Virus record (IMG/VR): IMGVR_UViG_3300029258_001212
Span: 64,001-128,000 of that record
Direction: 5' to 3' (one strand)
DNA length: 64,000 nucleotides
From: a virus
In this document: one piece after another, positions 10,078 through 19,881 of the stretch
How the letters are laid out: each line of letters opens with the position of its first letter
Numbering within the stretch: the stretch's first letter is position 1
Position numbers and translations under genes: made by a program
Notes under the pieces: generated by a model
The model's input: only the letters and a program-made list of their open reading frames with translations
What the model was told of the DNA's origin: nothing
Databases searched by the model: none

Positions 10078-10494
10078 ATGGTAGACATCGGAACAGCGAC
10101 TCAAGCGGCCTCGAAATGAGGGACGTGCCCACTGCCCGTGCCGGCAGTACCAGCGCCCCCGGCCATCCCCCCGGCCCCGACTCCGCCGGCTGTGCCAGAG
10201 CTCCCGGAGCCACCTGGTGCCCCGGCCTCGGTGCCCGTGGCGGCGGTGCCCCCGACGCCTACGCCGGCCATCCCGACTCCGCCGGCTATCCCGCCGTTGC
10301 CCACCCCGCCGTCTATCCCGGAGCTACCGGAGCCCCCAGCGGCCCCTGGGAGCATTCCGGTGGACGCGGCACCCCCAGTACCCCCGACACCTGTTCCGGC
10401 CATTCCAGCGCCCCCTGTGGTGCCCCCAGCGCCAGCTCTGCCCGAGGTGCCAGAGGTGCCGGAGCTGCCAGGGTGCCCACTGGACGAGGAGTAG
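10078..10494 (+). CDS. Proline-rich protein bounded by CPL motifs; start uncertain (in-frame TGA at 10117)
   Basis: Frame reads MVDIGTATQAASK*GTCPLPVPAVPAPP...ELPGCPLDEE; open part is 10120-10494. Confidence 0.55.
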
Positions 10495-10498
10495 CACC

Positions 10499-10900
10499 AT
10501 GACTGAACCTGCATACATCAACGGCACTGGCGCGACGGGTATCGCGTGGCCGTGGAGTTCCACAGGCCCCCAGGCGGTCACGGGCACTGACCTGGTGGAA
10601 GCCAAGATCAGCTTGGTGATTTTCACCTTCGTGGGCGTCCACAAGATGGAGCCGACGTTCGGATCCACAGTGCTTTCCCTGGTTTTCGAGAACATCGGGC
10701 CGATCATGCGAACGGCGGCAAGTATCGAGATCCGCAACGCATTGGCCACCTGGGTTCCGGACGTGGAAGTGGACGGGGTTCGGATCCTTGACGATGAGGA
10801 CGTTGAAGGGGGCGTTATCATTGAGGTAGACTACATCTACCTTGGGCAACCCAACACCTGGAGCCAGCCGGTGACCCCGCCGGCCGGTGGAGGCGCATAG
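10499..10900 (+). CDS. Baseplate wedge gp25/GPW family protein
   Basis: HKMEPTFGS, IRNALATWVPDVEV motifs; precedes the J-like gene. Confidence 0.85.
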   Translation: MTEPAYINGTGATGIAWPWSSTGPQAVTGTDLVEAKISLVIFTFVGVHKMEPTFGSTVLSLVFENIGPIMRTAASIEIRNALATWVPDVEVDGVRILDDEDVEGGVIIEVDYIYLGQPNTWSQPVTPPAGGGA

Positions 10901-10901
10901 C

Positions 10902-13820
10902 ATGGCCGTCCTGGCGATCCCAGAATTCGATGACTATCCACTGGATCCGGAGCAGTGGTATCGCTTCTACCACACGGCCCTGGACCGGGTGTACGAGCAG
11001 ATCCTTCAGGCGGGATCCCAAGATCCGTCCACCATCGTGACGGCCACCGGAGCGGACCGCACCTCGGGCCTGGTAACCCTCACCACCACTACGGCCCACG
11101 GCCTGGCGGTGGGCGACACCATCACCGTGGCTGGGGTAACGGATCCGACCTTCGATGGCGAGTTCGTGGTGGCCAGCGTGCCCAGCACCACCAGCATCAC
11201 CTATGACCAGAGCGGCGCGGACGCCACCAGTGGATCTGGAACCATCACCCCGGCCTACCCCCGGTGGCAGGAGGTGACCACCGGCCGCGAGCTCCGCGCG
11301 GACGTGCGCGTGACCGACACCCTGGTCCGCTCCAAGTACGCCGGCCGCGACTACCAGACGTTCCTGGACGAGGGCCTGAGCTGGCTGGCCGAGAAGTACG
11401 GGGACCAGTTCACGGACTTCGTTGATTCCGATTTCGGAATCATGTTCGTGAAGTACGTGAGTTCCGCCCTGGACACCCTGAGCTGGTACATGGATAAGGA
11501 GGTGTCCGAGTGGTACTACTCGCTGATGCGCCTCCGGTCCCGGGCGGAGGAGCTCGCCCGGATGAGCGCCTACAAGCCCAGGAGCGCCACGGCCTGCACG
11601 GCGGACCTGACTCTGACCCTGGACGATGGGCCCTACGCTTTCGACATTACGGTGCCTGAGCGATTCCAGTTCCAGGGCCCGAACAGCCTGATCTTCGAGA
11701 TCACTCAGGACGTGACGTTCGCCGCGGGCGAGACCACCAAGACGGGCGTGCCGGCCACCCAGGGCCAGACCCTTCGGGACAGCGTGATCTCGGATGCGGC
11801 CCCTAACTTCCAGCTTCCGCTCACCAGCATCCTCGAGGACACCCAGGTGGCCCAGGATTCGGTGGAGGTGTACGTGGACGGGCAGCCATGGGAAGAGGTG
11901 GACTTCCTTCCGTTTGCCAAGGAGGACAAGGTGGAGGTGCTCTACGGGGCGGATCCTCCCTTCGTTCTCTTCGGTGACGGCGTGAGCGGCAACATCCCGG
12001 ATGCGGGCCTCACGTGCCTGGCGATCTACCGGGTGACCTACGGCAAGGCGGGCCTCGCGGCCACGGCCGGCACCATCGAACAGCCAGTGATCCCCCTGGT
12101 GGCCAACTCGCAGAGCATCGCCATCACGGCGAACAACCCCTCGGGGGCGCGCGGGGGCGTGGACCTGGAAACCCTCGAGGAGATCGTCAAGACGGCGCCA
12201 GCCTACTTCAAGACGGCGGACCGCGGCACCACCACGCAGGACATGACCACCCTGGCGGACTCCTACTCGAGCGGCACCTACGGCACCGTGGCCAAGGGGA
12301 AGGCGCACATCGTTCGGGGGATCTCGGATGACCTACAGCTCCAGGCCCTCCTGGCGTCCATTGACGGGCACGCCACGGACCTGGAGACGGCCATGACGGC
12401 CATCTCCACCTCGGTGGACGCTATCGCCACGGCGCGCGGCCTGGCGGCCACGCAGCTCGCGGCCATCACTACGGCCCAGGGCAACATCGACACCAACGTG
12501 ACGGCGATCAAGGGTGGTGTCACGCTTGCCACCGAGCACCTCGAGACGGCCAAGGAGGGGCTCGAGAACATCCCCTATCAACAGGTGTTCGCCCAGGCGG
12601 ATGGCGCCACGAAGGTCTGGAACAACGTCCAGCTCCAGAAAGGGGACATTTACCCCGGGACGGTGTTCCTGTGGGTGGACGACCTGAACGAAGAAACGAG
12701 CGTCAACGATGGCAACTGTGATGTGCAGCCCGGGCGAGTGCGCGTGGGATCTGCCATCTTCGAGGCCACGGATGTGGGGCGCCAGATCAAGATCGGTGAC
12801 CAGTTCCGAACCATCACGAAGTACACCAACACCACCGAGGTGACCTACTCCGGCTCGCTGATCTCCGGAACCAACCTCGAGGTGATCCTGTATGAGCAGA
12901 GCGTGTACGCGCGAGACGATGGCGCTGGCAACCTGTCCGGGCCTGGCGTCGTGTCCGGCGCTATCACCTACTCCACTGGCCTGGTGGACAGCCTCGAGCT
13001 CGCCGTGGAGCCCCCCGGAACCGGCCAGTATGGATCGAACATCTTGATCCAGTTCGGGGCCACCCAGACCGTGGCCACCCAGCCCATCGACAACGCGATC
13101 ACCGAGCTCGACGCCATCGACACCACGGCGGACTCCATCTCGGACGAGACGGGGGACATTTCCGACGCGGTAACCGAGGCCACCACGCAGCTCGTGGCCA
13201 TCGCCACCCAGGAAACGACCATCGACACGGCCATGGACACGGTGCTCGCCATCCCGGCCAGCATCGAAGACGACGTGGAGGAGCTCGAGGCGTACCTAGA
13301 CGCCAACCTGAGCGCGGACTGCAAGGCGAACATCGTGATGGTCCAGGTGCTGGTGGTGGACGAAAACGGCTTCTACGCCGCGCCCAGCCAGACCCTCCTC
13401 ACGGCTGTCCAGGAGTACCTGGACGAGCGCAATGTGCTCCCCACCACCGTGACAGCCGTGAACGGCTACTACAACCTGGTGGCCGTGAACATGCTGGTCC
13501 AGGTGAGCATCCTGAAGCCGTACCTCTACTCCAAACAGCTCCCCTCAATCCAGGCGGCCATCGACGCGGAGCTCAAGGGACGCGACTACGGTGTGAACCT
13601 GAACCGAAGCGACTACTACAACCGGGTGGTGCCGGACAAGACGACTGGCATTGGTGGAGTGGAAGGCGTTGACTACGCCAACATCACGATCACAGCCACC
13701 AGCTACCCGGATCCGGCCAACACCGGAACGCCACCGAGCGTGGACGCAAACGGAAACCTGGTGATCCCGGACACGCTGATCATCACCAGGGGAACCATCA
13801 CGTATGAGGAGATCGTCTAA
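10902..13820 (+). CDS. Baseplate wedge J/gp6-like protein with large insertions
   Basis: RDYQTF, DFVDSDFG, YKPRSATA, FGDGVSGNIP, GGVDLETLEEI, DRGTTTQD, GVEGVDYANI motifs. Confidence 0.88.
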   Translation: MAVLAIPEFDDYPLDPEQWYRFYHTALDRVYEQILQAGSQDPSTIVTATGADRTSGLVTLTTTTAHGLAVGDTITVAGVTDPTFDGEFVVASVPSTTSITYDQSGADATSGSGTITPAYPRWQEVTTGRELRADVRVTDTLVRSKYAGRDYQTFLDEGLSWLAEKYGDQFTDFVDSDFGIMFVKYVSSALDTLSWYMDKEVSEWYYSLMRLRSRAEELARMSAYKPRSATACTADLTLTLDDGPYAFDITVPERFQFQGPNSLIFEITQDVTFAAGETTKTGVPATQGQTLRDSVISDAAPNFQLPLTSILEDTQVAQDSVEVYVDGQPWEEVDFLPFAKEDKVEVLYGADPPFVLFGDGVSGNIPDAGLTCLAIYRVTYGKAGLAATAGTIEQPVIPLVANSQSIAITANNPSGARGGVDLETLEEIVKTAPAYFKTADRGTTTQDMTTLADSYSSGTYGTVAKGKAHIVRGISDDLQLQALLASIDGHATDLETAMTAISTSVDAIATARGLAATQLAAITTAQGNIDTNVTAIKGGVTLATEHLETAKEGLENIPYQQVFAQADGATKVWNNVQLQKGDIYPGTVFLWVDDLNEETSVNDGNCDVQPGRVRVGSAIFEATDVGRQIKIGDQFRTITKYTNTTEVTYSGSLISGTNLEVILYEQSVYARDDGAGNLSGPGVVSGAITYSTGLVDSLELAVEPPGTGQYGSNILIQFGATQTVATQPIDNAITELDAIDTTADSISDETGDISDAVTEATTQLVAIATQETTIDTAMDTVLAIPASIEDDVEELEAYLDANLSADCKANIVMVQVLVVDENGFYAAPSQTLLTAVQEYLDERNVLPTTVTAVNGYYNLVAVNMLVQVSILKPYLYSKQLPSIQAAIDAELKGRDYGVNLNRSDYYNRVVPDKTTGIGGVEGVDYANITITATSYPDPANTGTPPSVDANGNLVIPDTLIITRGTITYEEIV

Positions 13821-14606
13821 ATGCCCACCACCAGCCGCACCAGCCTGAAGTACCCGGCGCGCGGCCAGGAGCCGTGGTTCGATCTGTTTGAAGCGATGCT
13901 CAACCAGCTCGACGCCATGCTGTACGCCCATCGTGAGGACCGCAATATCCTCATCGTGGGGGGCGGAACGCTCTCCTGGGATGCCACCTCCAACACCCTG
14001 AGCTGGAACGCGCCCATCGTGCTCAATAGCCCCCAAAAGGGCTTCCAGGAAAGCGTGGCGGCGGGGAGCATCGAAATCGCGGAGAGCCAGGTGCTCTACG
14101 TGGACGTGTCGCGCAACCCGGGGAGCAACATCGCTCTCACAGCCAGGCGCGCCGCCACGGTGCCCAACACCGATGACGGTCTCCTCTTGTGCTACCGCTA
14201 CGGCACCTCGCTGTGGTGGCGCAATGGGCTCCGCATGGAGGACACCTACTCGGGGCCCCTGTACCCGGCTGGTGGAGGCGGCGGTGGCGGGATCTCCGGA
14301 TTCGACCGACAGACCGTGGCCGTGGCGACAACCGGTGATGCGTGGGTTGGTGGCGGAGGTGGCACAGATACGGCTAATGCCCAGGGAAGCCTGGCTGGGC
14401 CAATCCAAGGCCCTGGCGCCACGGCGCCGCTATATCCACCCGATGGCGTGGACGTTCACCTGAACAACATCCTGGTGCGGTGGGCTGCGGCCCCGTCTGG
14501 GATCAACGAATGGACCTGGGTGACCACCGGTTCGCCGGCCCCAGTGATCCAATTCGGCGCCGGCCTTACGGCCGGAGACGTAGTGGAAGTCAAGTTCCCC
14601 TACTAG
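13821..14606 (+). CDS. Virion/baseplate structural protein
   Basis: LKYPARGQEPW N-terminus typical of fibre-anchor proteins; Gly linker; structural operon. Confidence 0.6.
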   Translation: MPTTSRTSLKYPARGQEPWFDLFEAMLNQLDAMLYAHREDRNILIVGGGTLSWDATSNTLSWNAPIVLNSPQKGFQESVAAGSIEIAESQVLYVDVSRNPGSNIALTARRAATVPNTDDGLLLCYRYGTSLWWRNGLRMEDTYSGPLYPAGGGGGGGISGFDRQTVAVATTGDAWVGGGGGTDTANAQGSLAGPIQGPGATAPLYPPDGVDVHLNNILVRWAAAPSGINEWTWVTTGSPAPVIQFGAGLTAGDVVEVKFPY

Positions 14607-14615
14607 GAGCAGACC

Positions 14616-17321
14616 ATGAGCGACGGACTCCCCAGAGCGGCACAATTCAGCCAGACGGAACCCATCGCCAACTTGGCGGGCGATCTGTCCGGGGACAACA
14701 CGGCGGCCGTGGTGGCAAAGCTCCGCGGCTATGCCATTGGCACCGGTGCGCCGAGCTCGGACGGCGATGTGCTCCAGTGGAACAGCTCGGCCAGCGAGTA
14801 CCAGCCTGGGCAGCTCGACCCAGCGGTAGGCGGAGACCTAAGCGGCACCATTGCGTCTGCAACGGTGGTGGCCATTCGCGGCGGCGGTGTGACCACTGAT
14901 GCCCGTGCAGACGGCAACCTCATGGAGTGGGATGACGGTGGCTCCGAGTGGGGCTACGTGAGCCCTGGCGGAGATCTGAGCGGCAAGATTGGCGCGGCCA
15001 CGGTGACTGGGCTACAAGGGCGAGACGTGGCCAACACGGCGCCCACGGACGGCCAGGCGCTAGTCTGGTCCGCGGGCAACTCGAGGTGGCAGCCCGGAGC
15101 CGGCGGCGGTGGGGCCTCGAGCTGGAATGCGCTGTACGCTGCCAGCAAGACGATGACTATCGACGGGGCGGTGCTCCAGTGGGAACAGGACATTGCTACC
15201 GGCTCTGGCTTCCGGGTGTTCCGAGACCAGGCCACCAGCGATGCTCCGCTCATGGTGGTGGAAGCTGTCAATGCGGCAGACGCGCAAGCGGCACTGAAGG
15301 TATCCGGCTTGCTCGCCCTGAATGCTGTTGGCAAGGTCACCCAGAGCATGACGGACAGCGGTACGGCTACGTTCGATGCCTACAAACTGTCCTACCAGCC
15401 AGGGGCTCTGGCGGCGGCCACCTGGGCCTACGGCATGGCAGTGGAGGCAGATGGATCGAATCTCACCGAGGCGGACTCTGCCGTGTTCGGGTACAGGGCC
15501 ACGGCTACTTCGCTCGGGTCTGGTGTTGGCGTGGGCTACTACGCGGACGACACGTGGACCCTGGGCATGTATCTCAAGTCCGCACTGAACATCGAATCGT
15601 CTGCGAGCAATCCCGCATTCCAGGCGAGTCACACCGGTGACGTGAAAGCCGGCGTGTTTTCGTCTGGCGGTCTGGCAACGGGAACACAGCCCGTTCTTTC
15701 TGTTTCCGGACAGAACACCGTGGCAACCCATACCGGCAAGACATTCGAGATCCTCACAGTGTCTGCCGAGGGCCAAGCCAACGGTGGCGCCAACGATGAC
15801 TATGACTTCATCGGTGTCAACTTCGGGTACACCGAAGCTGGTTCGGTCACGGCTCTCACGAAGGCGATGTACGTGCAGAATTCGTGGGACTGGTCTCTGT
15901 GGGCCTACGCGCCGTCATTCTGGTCGCTGACTGGAACGACGCCTTTTGCCGAGTACGCAGGGAATCCGCAAGCTGGGTCCGGGGGGAACATCAGCACAGA
16001 TAACGGCGCCACGGCGGACATGCTTCGCGTGGTGGTGGGTGGTAGCACCAGGTGGATTCCGGCATACAGCGCCACGGCGCTCGCTGGCTCCATCTCGAGC
16101 TGGGATGGGATGTACGCCGCAGACCCGAACAGCAATGTGCTCACGGTGTCTGGGGCAAGTGACCCATTCGAGATTAACCAGACTTCCAACAGTGGCAACG
16201 CATTCTACGTTCACAGAAGCAAGGCGAGTGGAAGCGAGACGGCTCCGATTGCCTGGTTCAAGCAACTCAACAACGGGACCCACACCGAGTACGTGGTGAA
16301 GGTCGAGGCGGATGACGGGTTCAATGAGATCCCGCTTTTCCAGTGCAAGGGCCAGTACGGCAACGGCTACCTCCAGGTGAGCACGCATGGCAAGGTGGAG
16401 ATCCAGCAAGCCAGCGGGCGCTACTTGGACCTGACTGGTTACAGCCGACTTCGTTGCGCCCAGATCGATTACAACAGCGCGGCCGGGCATTCGGTCAAGA
16501 TCCAAGGCAACGGCCAGGCGCTCGAGGTGGGCGCCGACACGGCGGCTTCCACGAAGATCACCGGTACGCTCCTGGACGTGAACGTGCGAACCGACATTAC
16601 CGCGTCCACCAGCGGTGGAACCCCGGCACTGTACGTGCGCCAGGACAGCACCGGCGACATTTTGCAGCTTATGGACGGCACCACCGAGCGGTGGGCGTGC
16701 GCGCCTGATGGCGCGGTGGACATGAGCGCGAATTCAGCTAACCCCGGCCTGACCGCTGACCAGGAGGGGGCTGGTGACATTTTCGACGCGCGCCTGAGCG
16801 GCACGTCCAAGTTCGCCGTCAAGAACAACGGGCGCATCACGCAACAGGTCACAGGGATCACCACCACCACCGAGGTGCTCCGGACCGAAGGCCAGTCCGG
16901 CAACCTGGGCAGCGGGCAGGGCCTGGTCGGACACAAGGTGTCGTTGGCCGGGGCCACGGACGATGCGACTTCTCAGATCTACGGTGTGTTCGTGGAGCTC
17001 ACCGGTGGAAGTGCAGCCACCACCAAGCGCGGGTTCTACGCGGACTCGAGCTGGGAGTACGGCCTTTACACCCTGAGCCCCGGCTATGTGAAGCAGAGTA
17101 GCGCCACTGGCGCCGTGGTGGCCCTCACCGTGGACCAGGCGGACAACGATGTATCCTTCATGGACTTCATCGGCTCCACGGCTGCGGACAAGACAAACAA
17201 CATCTCGAGTGGCGTAGGAACCCCGGACGGCAACGCGCCGGCCAGTGGGACCTGGACGCTGTGGCGGATGCTCAAGATCGACTTGGGCGGCACGGCCGGA
17301 TGGCTGGCCGTGTGGCAGTAG
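14616..17321 (+). CDS. Tail fibre protein
   Basis: 901 aa, GDLSG shaft repeats, APTDGQALVW motif, duplicated distal module. Confidence 0.8.
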   Translation: MSDGLPRAAQFSQTEPIANLAGDLSGDNTAAVVAKLRGYAIGTGAPSSDGDVLQWNSSASEYQPGQLDPAVGGDLSGTIASATVVAIRGGGVTTDARADGNLMEWDDGGSEWGYVSPGGDLSGKIGAATVTGLQGRDVANTAPTDGQALVWSAGNSRWQPGAGGGGASSWNALYAASKTMTIDGAVLQWEQDIATGSGFRVFRDQATSDAPLMVVEAVNAADAQAALKVSGLLALNAVGKVTQSMTDSGTATFDAYKLSYQPGALAAATWAYGMAVEADGSNLTEADSAVFGYRATATSLGSGVGVGYYADDTWTLGMYLKSALNIESSASNPAFQASHTGDVKAGVFSSGGLATGTQPVLSVSGQNTVATHTGKTFEILTVSAEGQANGGANDDYDFIGVNFGYTEAGSVTALTKAMYVQNSWDWSLWAYAPSFWSLTGTTPFAEYAGNPQAGSGGNISTDNGATADMLRVVVGGSTRWIPAYSATALAGSISSWDGMYAADPNSNVLTVSGASDPFEINQTSNSGNAFYVHRSKASGSETAPIAWFKQLNNGTHTEYVVKVEADDGFNEIPLFQCKGQYGNGYLQVSTHGKVEIQQASGRYLDLTGYSRLRCAQIDYNSAAGHSVKIQGNGQALEVGADTAASTKITGTLLDVNVRTDITASTSGGTPALYVRQDSTGDILQLMDGTTERWACAPDGAVDMSANSANPGLTADQEGAGDIFDARLSGTSKFAVKNNGRITQQVTGITTTTEVLRTEGQSGNLGSGQGLVGHKVSLAGATDDATSQIYGVFVELTGGSAATTKRGFYADSSWEYGLYTLSPGYVKQSSATGAVVALTVDQADNDVSFMDFIGSTAADKTNNISSGVGTPDGNAPASGTWTLWRMLKIDLGGTAGWLAVWQ

Positions 17322-17348
17322 GCCAACGATTGAACAAGGAGGATTGGA

Positions 17349-17843
17349 ATGGCCCGGGACAGCAAGAAGACTAGAGCGAAGCGGACGGCGAAGCGCGCCG
17401 GGAAAGCGAAGTCCAAGGACGACTTGAAGCGAGAGGCGGTGCTCGCCCAGGTGCGGGAGCGCAAGTACCGCGTGAGCGAGGTGGAGCTCCTCAAGCTCCA
17501 GAAGCTCAAGTACCAAGGTGAGGCCATCGGCACGAAGCTCCAGGCGGCCCAGGAGAAGCTGGCCGAGCTCCAGGTCAAGGCCCAGACGGCCAGCGCCCGG
17601 TTCCAGGCAGAGGTGAGCCGTGTGTTCAAGGCCCACGGCTTCGAGGAGTGGTTCAGTATCGATCTGTCGGACGAGGAGAGCGCCGGACTGGTCACCGAGA
17701 ACATGCAGCTCAAGAAGCAGCTCGAGGCGGCCCAGGACGCGGCAAGCAAGGAGAGCGAGCCCGAGGGAGACAAGGACACCAAGGCGCCCGAGGAACCCCA
17801 GGAGGAACCGGCTCCGGCTGCGGAGGAGGCATCGGGCGATTGA
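17349..17843 (+). CDS. Coiled-coil protein, possible fibre assembly chaperone
   Basis: Follows the fibre gene; good RBS; helical, acidic tail. Confidence 0.5.
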   Translation: MARDSKKTRAKRTAKRAGKAKSKDDLKREAVLAQVRERKYRVSEVELLKLQKLKYQGEAIGTKLQAAQEKLAELQVKAQTASARFQAEVSRVFKAHGFEEWFSIDLSDEESAGLVTENMQLKKQLEAAQDAASKESEPEGDKDTKAPEEPQEEPAPAAEEASGD

Positions 17844-17845
17844 GG

Positions 17846-17913
17846 ACCCTCAAGACTCTTATCTCCATAAGGGGGAGATAAGGTTAATTAAGCAGAAGCA
17901 AAGGACGTGCCAA
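17846..17913. repeat. Dispersed element, copy 2
   Basis: ACCCTCAAGACTCTTATCTCCATAAGGGGGAGATAAGGTTAATTAAGCAGAAGCAAAGGACGTGCCAA. Confidence 0.9.
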
Positions 17914-17917
17914 CATC

Positions 17918-18910
17918 ATGGCTCGGTATGGATTCGGAAATCGTGCGTTCGGGACGACCCCCTTCGGGGAGAGCGACTGGTGCAAGATCGTCCTGTACGA
18001 TGAGCTCCCGGGTGATGTGCGTCAGCAGGATGTGGATGCCGGGGGCCCGTACCTGAAGTTCGTGGAGGCAATGTGCCCCAGCTTCACCTGGCTCAAGCGG
18101 CACCTGGACCGGTTCAAGTACATCACCAATCCGAGGGAGATCCGTGAGGATCTCCTCCTGTACCTCGGGGAGAATTTCGGGATCACCGTGGACTTGGCCG
18201 AACCCCTCGGTTACCAGCGGATGCGAGTGGGCCTCGCTGCCAGGTGGAACATCATCAAAGGCACCCTCGAGTCCTACGTGGTGCTGTGCAGGGTTCACGG
18301 CTTCGAGGTGGACGTTCATCCGCTCTGGTGGGATGGGATCAAGTACCTTACGACGCCTCCGGTGGTGGGCGGGGAAAGTCCGACCTACCAGCGCACGGTG
18401 TCCGTCGATACCCAGTACAAGATCTGGCTCCAGTGCGCGCCAGCGGAGCCGAGTTCGGTGGTGATCACCATCGCTGGCAACACGATCACCGATGACGGTG
18501 ACGGCAAGCTCCTGGTGGGAGTCACCGAGGTGGGCACGATTGACTACGGCTGGGGCTACGCGGACCTGACGCTGACTGGGGTGGTCACCGGAGCCCCGAA
18601 GGCCACCTATCAGAGCGTGGTGGGCGGGTGCGTGGAGACGTGCCGGAAGTGCAAGACGCACAGGATCAGACTCGACATTACCACCGGGACCATCGGTGGC
18701 CAGAGCGAGCTCACCATTGCGGATGCCTTCAAGCGCATGTGGCGGAAGATCGGGCTGGACACTGGCGATGGCGTGGTGCCGATCCATGTGGAGCTCGAGT
18801 ACATCGTGGCGGAGGACACGGCCGTGGCCAGCATCGGGCATCGCTATGACATTCTGGCGGACAGCGAGGTGTCCGCTGATTCCGGTTTCCGGGCAGAGGT
18901 GGTTTCCTGA
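17918..18910 (+). CDS. Baseplate wedge protein, P2 gpI-like
   Basis: LLLYLGENFG, IKGTLESY motifs; DDGDG module; Cys cluster. Confidence 0.7.
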   Translation: MARYGFGNRAFGTTPFGESDWCKIVLYDELPGDVRQQDVDAGGPYLKFVEAMCPSFTWLKRHLDRFKYITNPREIREDLLLYLGENFGITVDLAEPLGYQRMRVGLAARWNIIKGTLESYVVLCRVHGFEVDVHPLWWDGIKYLTTPPVVGGESPTYQRTVSVDTQYKIWLQCAPAEPSSVVITIAGNTITDDGDGKLLVGVTEVGTIDYGWGYADLTLTGVVTGAPKATYQSVVGGCVETCRKCKTHRIRLDITTGTIGGQSELTIADAFKRMWRKIGLDTGDGVVPIHVELEYIVAEDTAVASIGHRYDILADSEVSADSGFRAEVVS

Positions 18911-19872
18911 TGGATCTGACTGCGGTGAGCTGCAACGGCGGAGACGACGAATTCGTCCAGTACATCTTCCGGTTGCTTTCGGATGCGGACATTGCCTACT
19001 TCAAGCTGGGCGAGGGTGGCTTCGATCTGTCCGCGGTCCGCACCGAGATCGCCGGGTACGGCTCTGGGGCTACCACCTACAGCGGCACCCTCGAGCGGCT
19101 CCCTGTGGGTCGCAATGCCGTCACCATCACTGCGGATCCGCTTGGTTCCGCACAGGTGGTCACAGACGATGGTGCGGGGAACCTGTCCGGCGCTGGCGGA
19201 AGCGGGACGATCAATTACAAGACGGGCGAGTGGGAGGTGACGTTCAACGTCGCGGTGAGCGCTGGGGACCCTATCCAGGCGGACTACCAGTACCACGGCA
19301 CCTTGAGCTCCGAGCAGTCCAGCGACTTCGGGCTGGGCGACGGCACCAAAGGACCCTACTACCATGACCTGGAGAACCTCCCCGTGGCGGAGGGCACGCT
19401 CACAGTGAACGAGGAGGGGGGCCTGAGCCTCACTGATGACGGCAACGGCAACCTGGTGGGAGATGGCAGCGGCACGGTCAACTATGAGACTGGTGAAGTG
19501 TTCGCCTTGTTCTCTGGGGTGGTGGCGCTCCACAGCCGAATCACGGCCACCTACAAGTACGATGGAGCCCCGAAGGCACCAGACCCGACCCTCACGGATC
19601 TGGAATCCGAGGGAGACCCGAACCTCTACACGTTCCAGCGCGATTTCGAGGAAGGCGAAATCACGTTCGTGGAGACCACACGGGGGCGGATCCGCTGCAC
19701 CATCTACCTGGACCTGTGGGAAGGGATCGATGATGGGAACGGCTACACGCCGTACCTGTTTGAAGGAGGACTATTCAGCTCCAACGATGAGATGGCCGTC
19801 TACTTCACCTACGCGAAGATCAGGAAGACCGGCTCCACGCGCATCGACTTCGATGTGGACACGGTGCTGTAG
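18910..19872 (+). CDS. Baseplate/tail collar protein (paralog A)
   Basis: YFKLGEGG N-terminus and EGGLFSSNDEMAVYFTY C-terminus (fibre-collar-like); two DDGxG modules. Confidence 0.65.
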   Translation: MDLTAVSCNGGDDEFVQYIFRLLSDADIAYFKLGEGGFDLSAVRTEIAGYGSGATTYSGTLERLPVGRNAVTITADPLGSAQVVTDDGAGNLSGAGGSGTINYKTGEWEVTFNVAVSAGDPIQADYQYHGTLSSEQSSDFGLGDGTKGPYYHDLENLPVAEGTLTVNEEGGLSLTDDGNGNLVGDGSGTVNYETGEVFALFSGVVALHSRITATYKYDGAPKAPDPTLTDLESEGDPNLYTFQRDFEEGEITFVETTRGRIRCTIYLDLWEGIDDGNGYTPYLFEGGLFSSNDEMAVYFTYAKIRKTGSTRIDFDVDTVL

Positions 19873-19881
19873 GGGTTCGCC

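Noticed and set aside
10117-10119. Genome-wide stop codon reassignment
   Set aside because: TGA, TAG and TAA all terminate well-supported genes; the in-frame TGA is an isolated case
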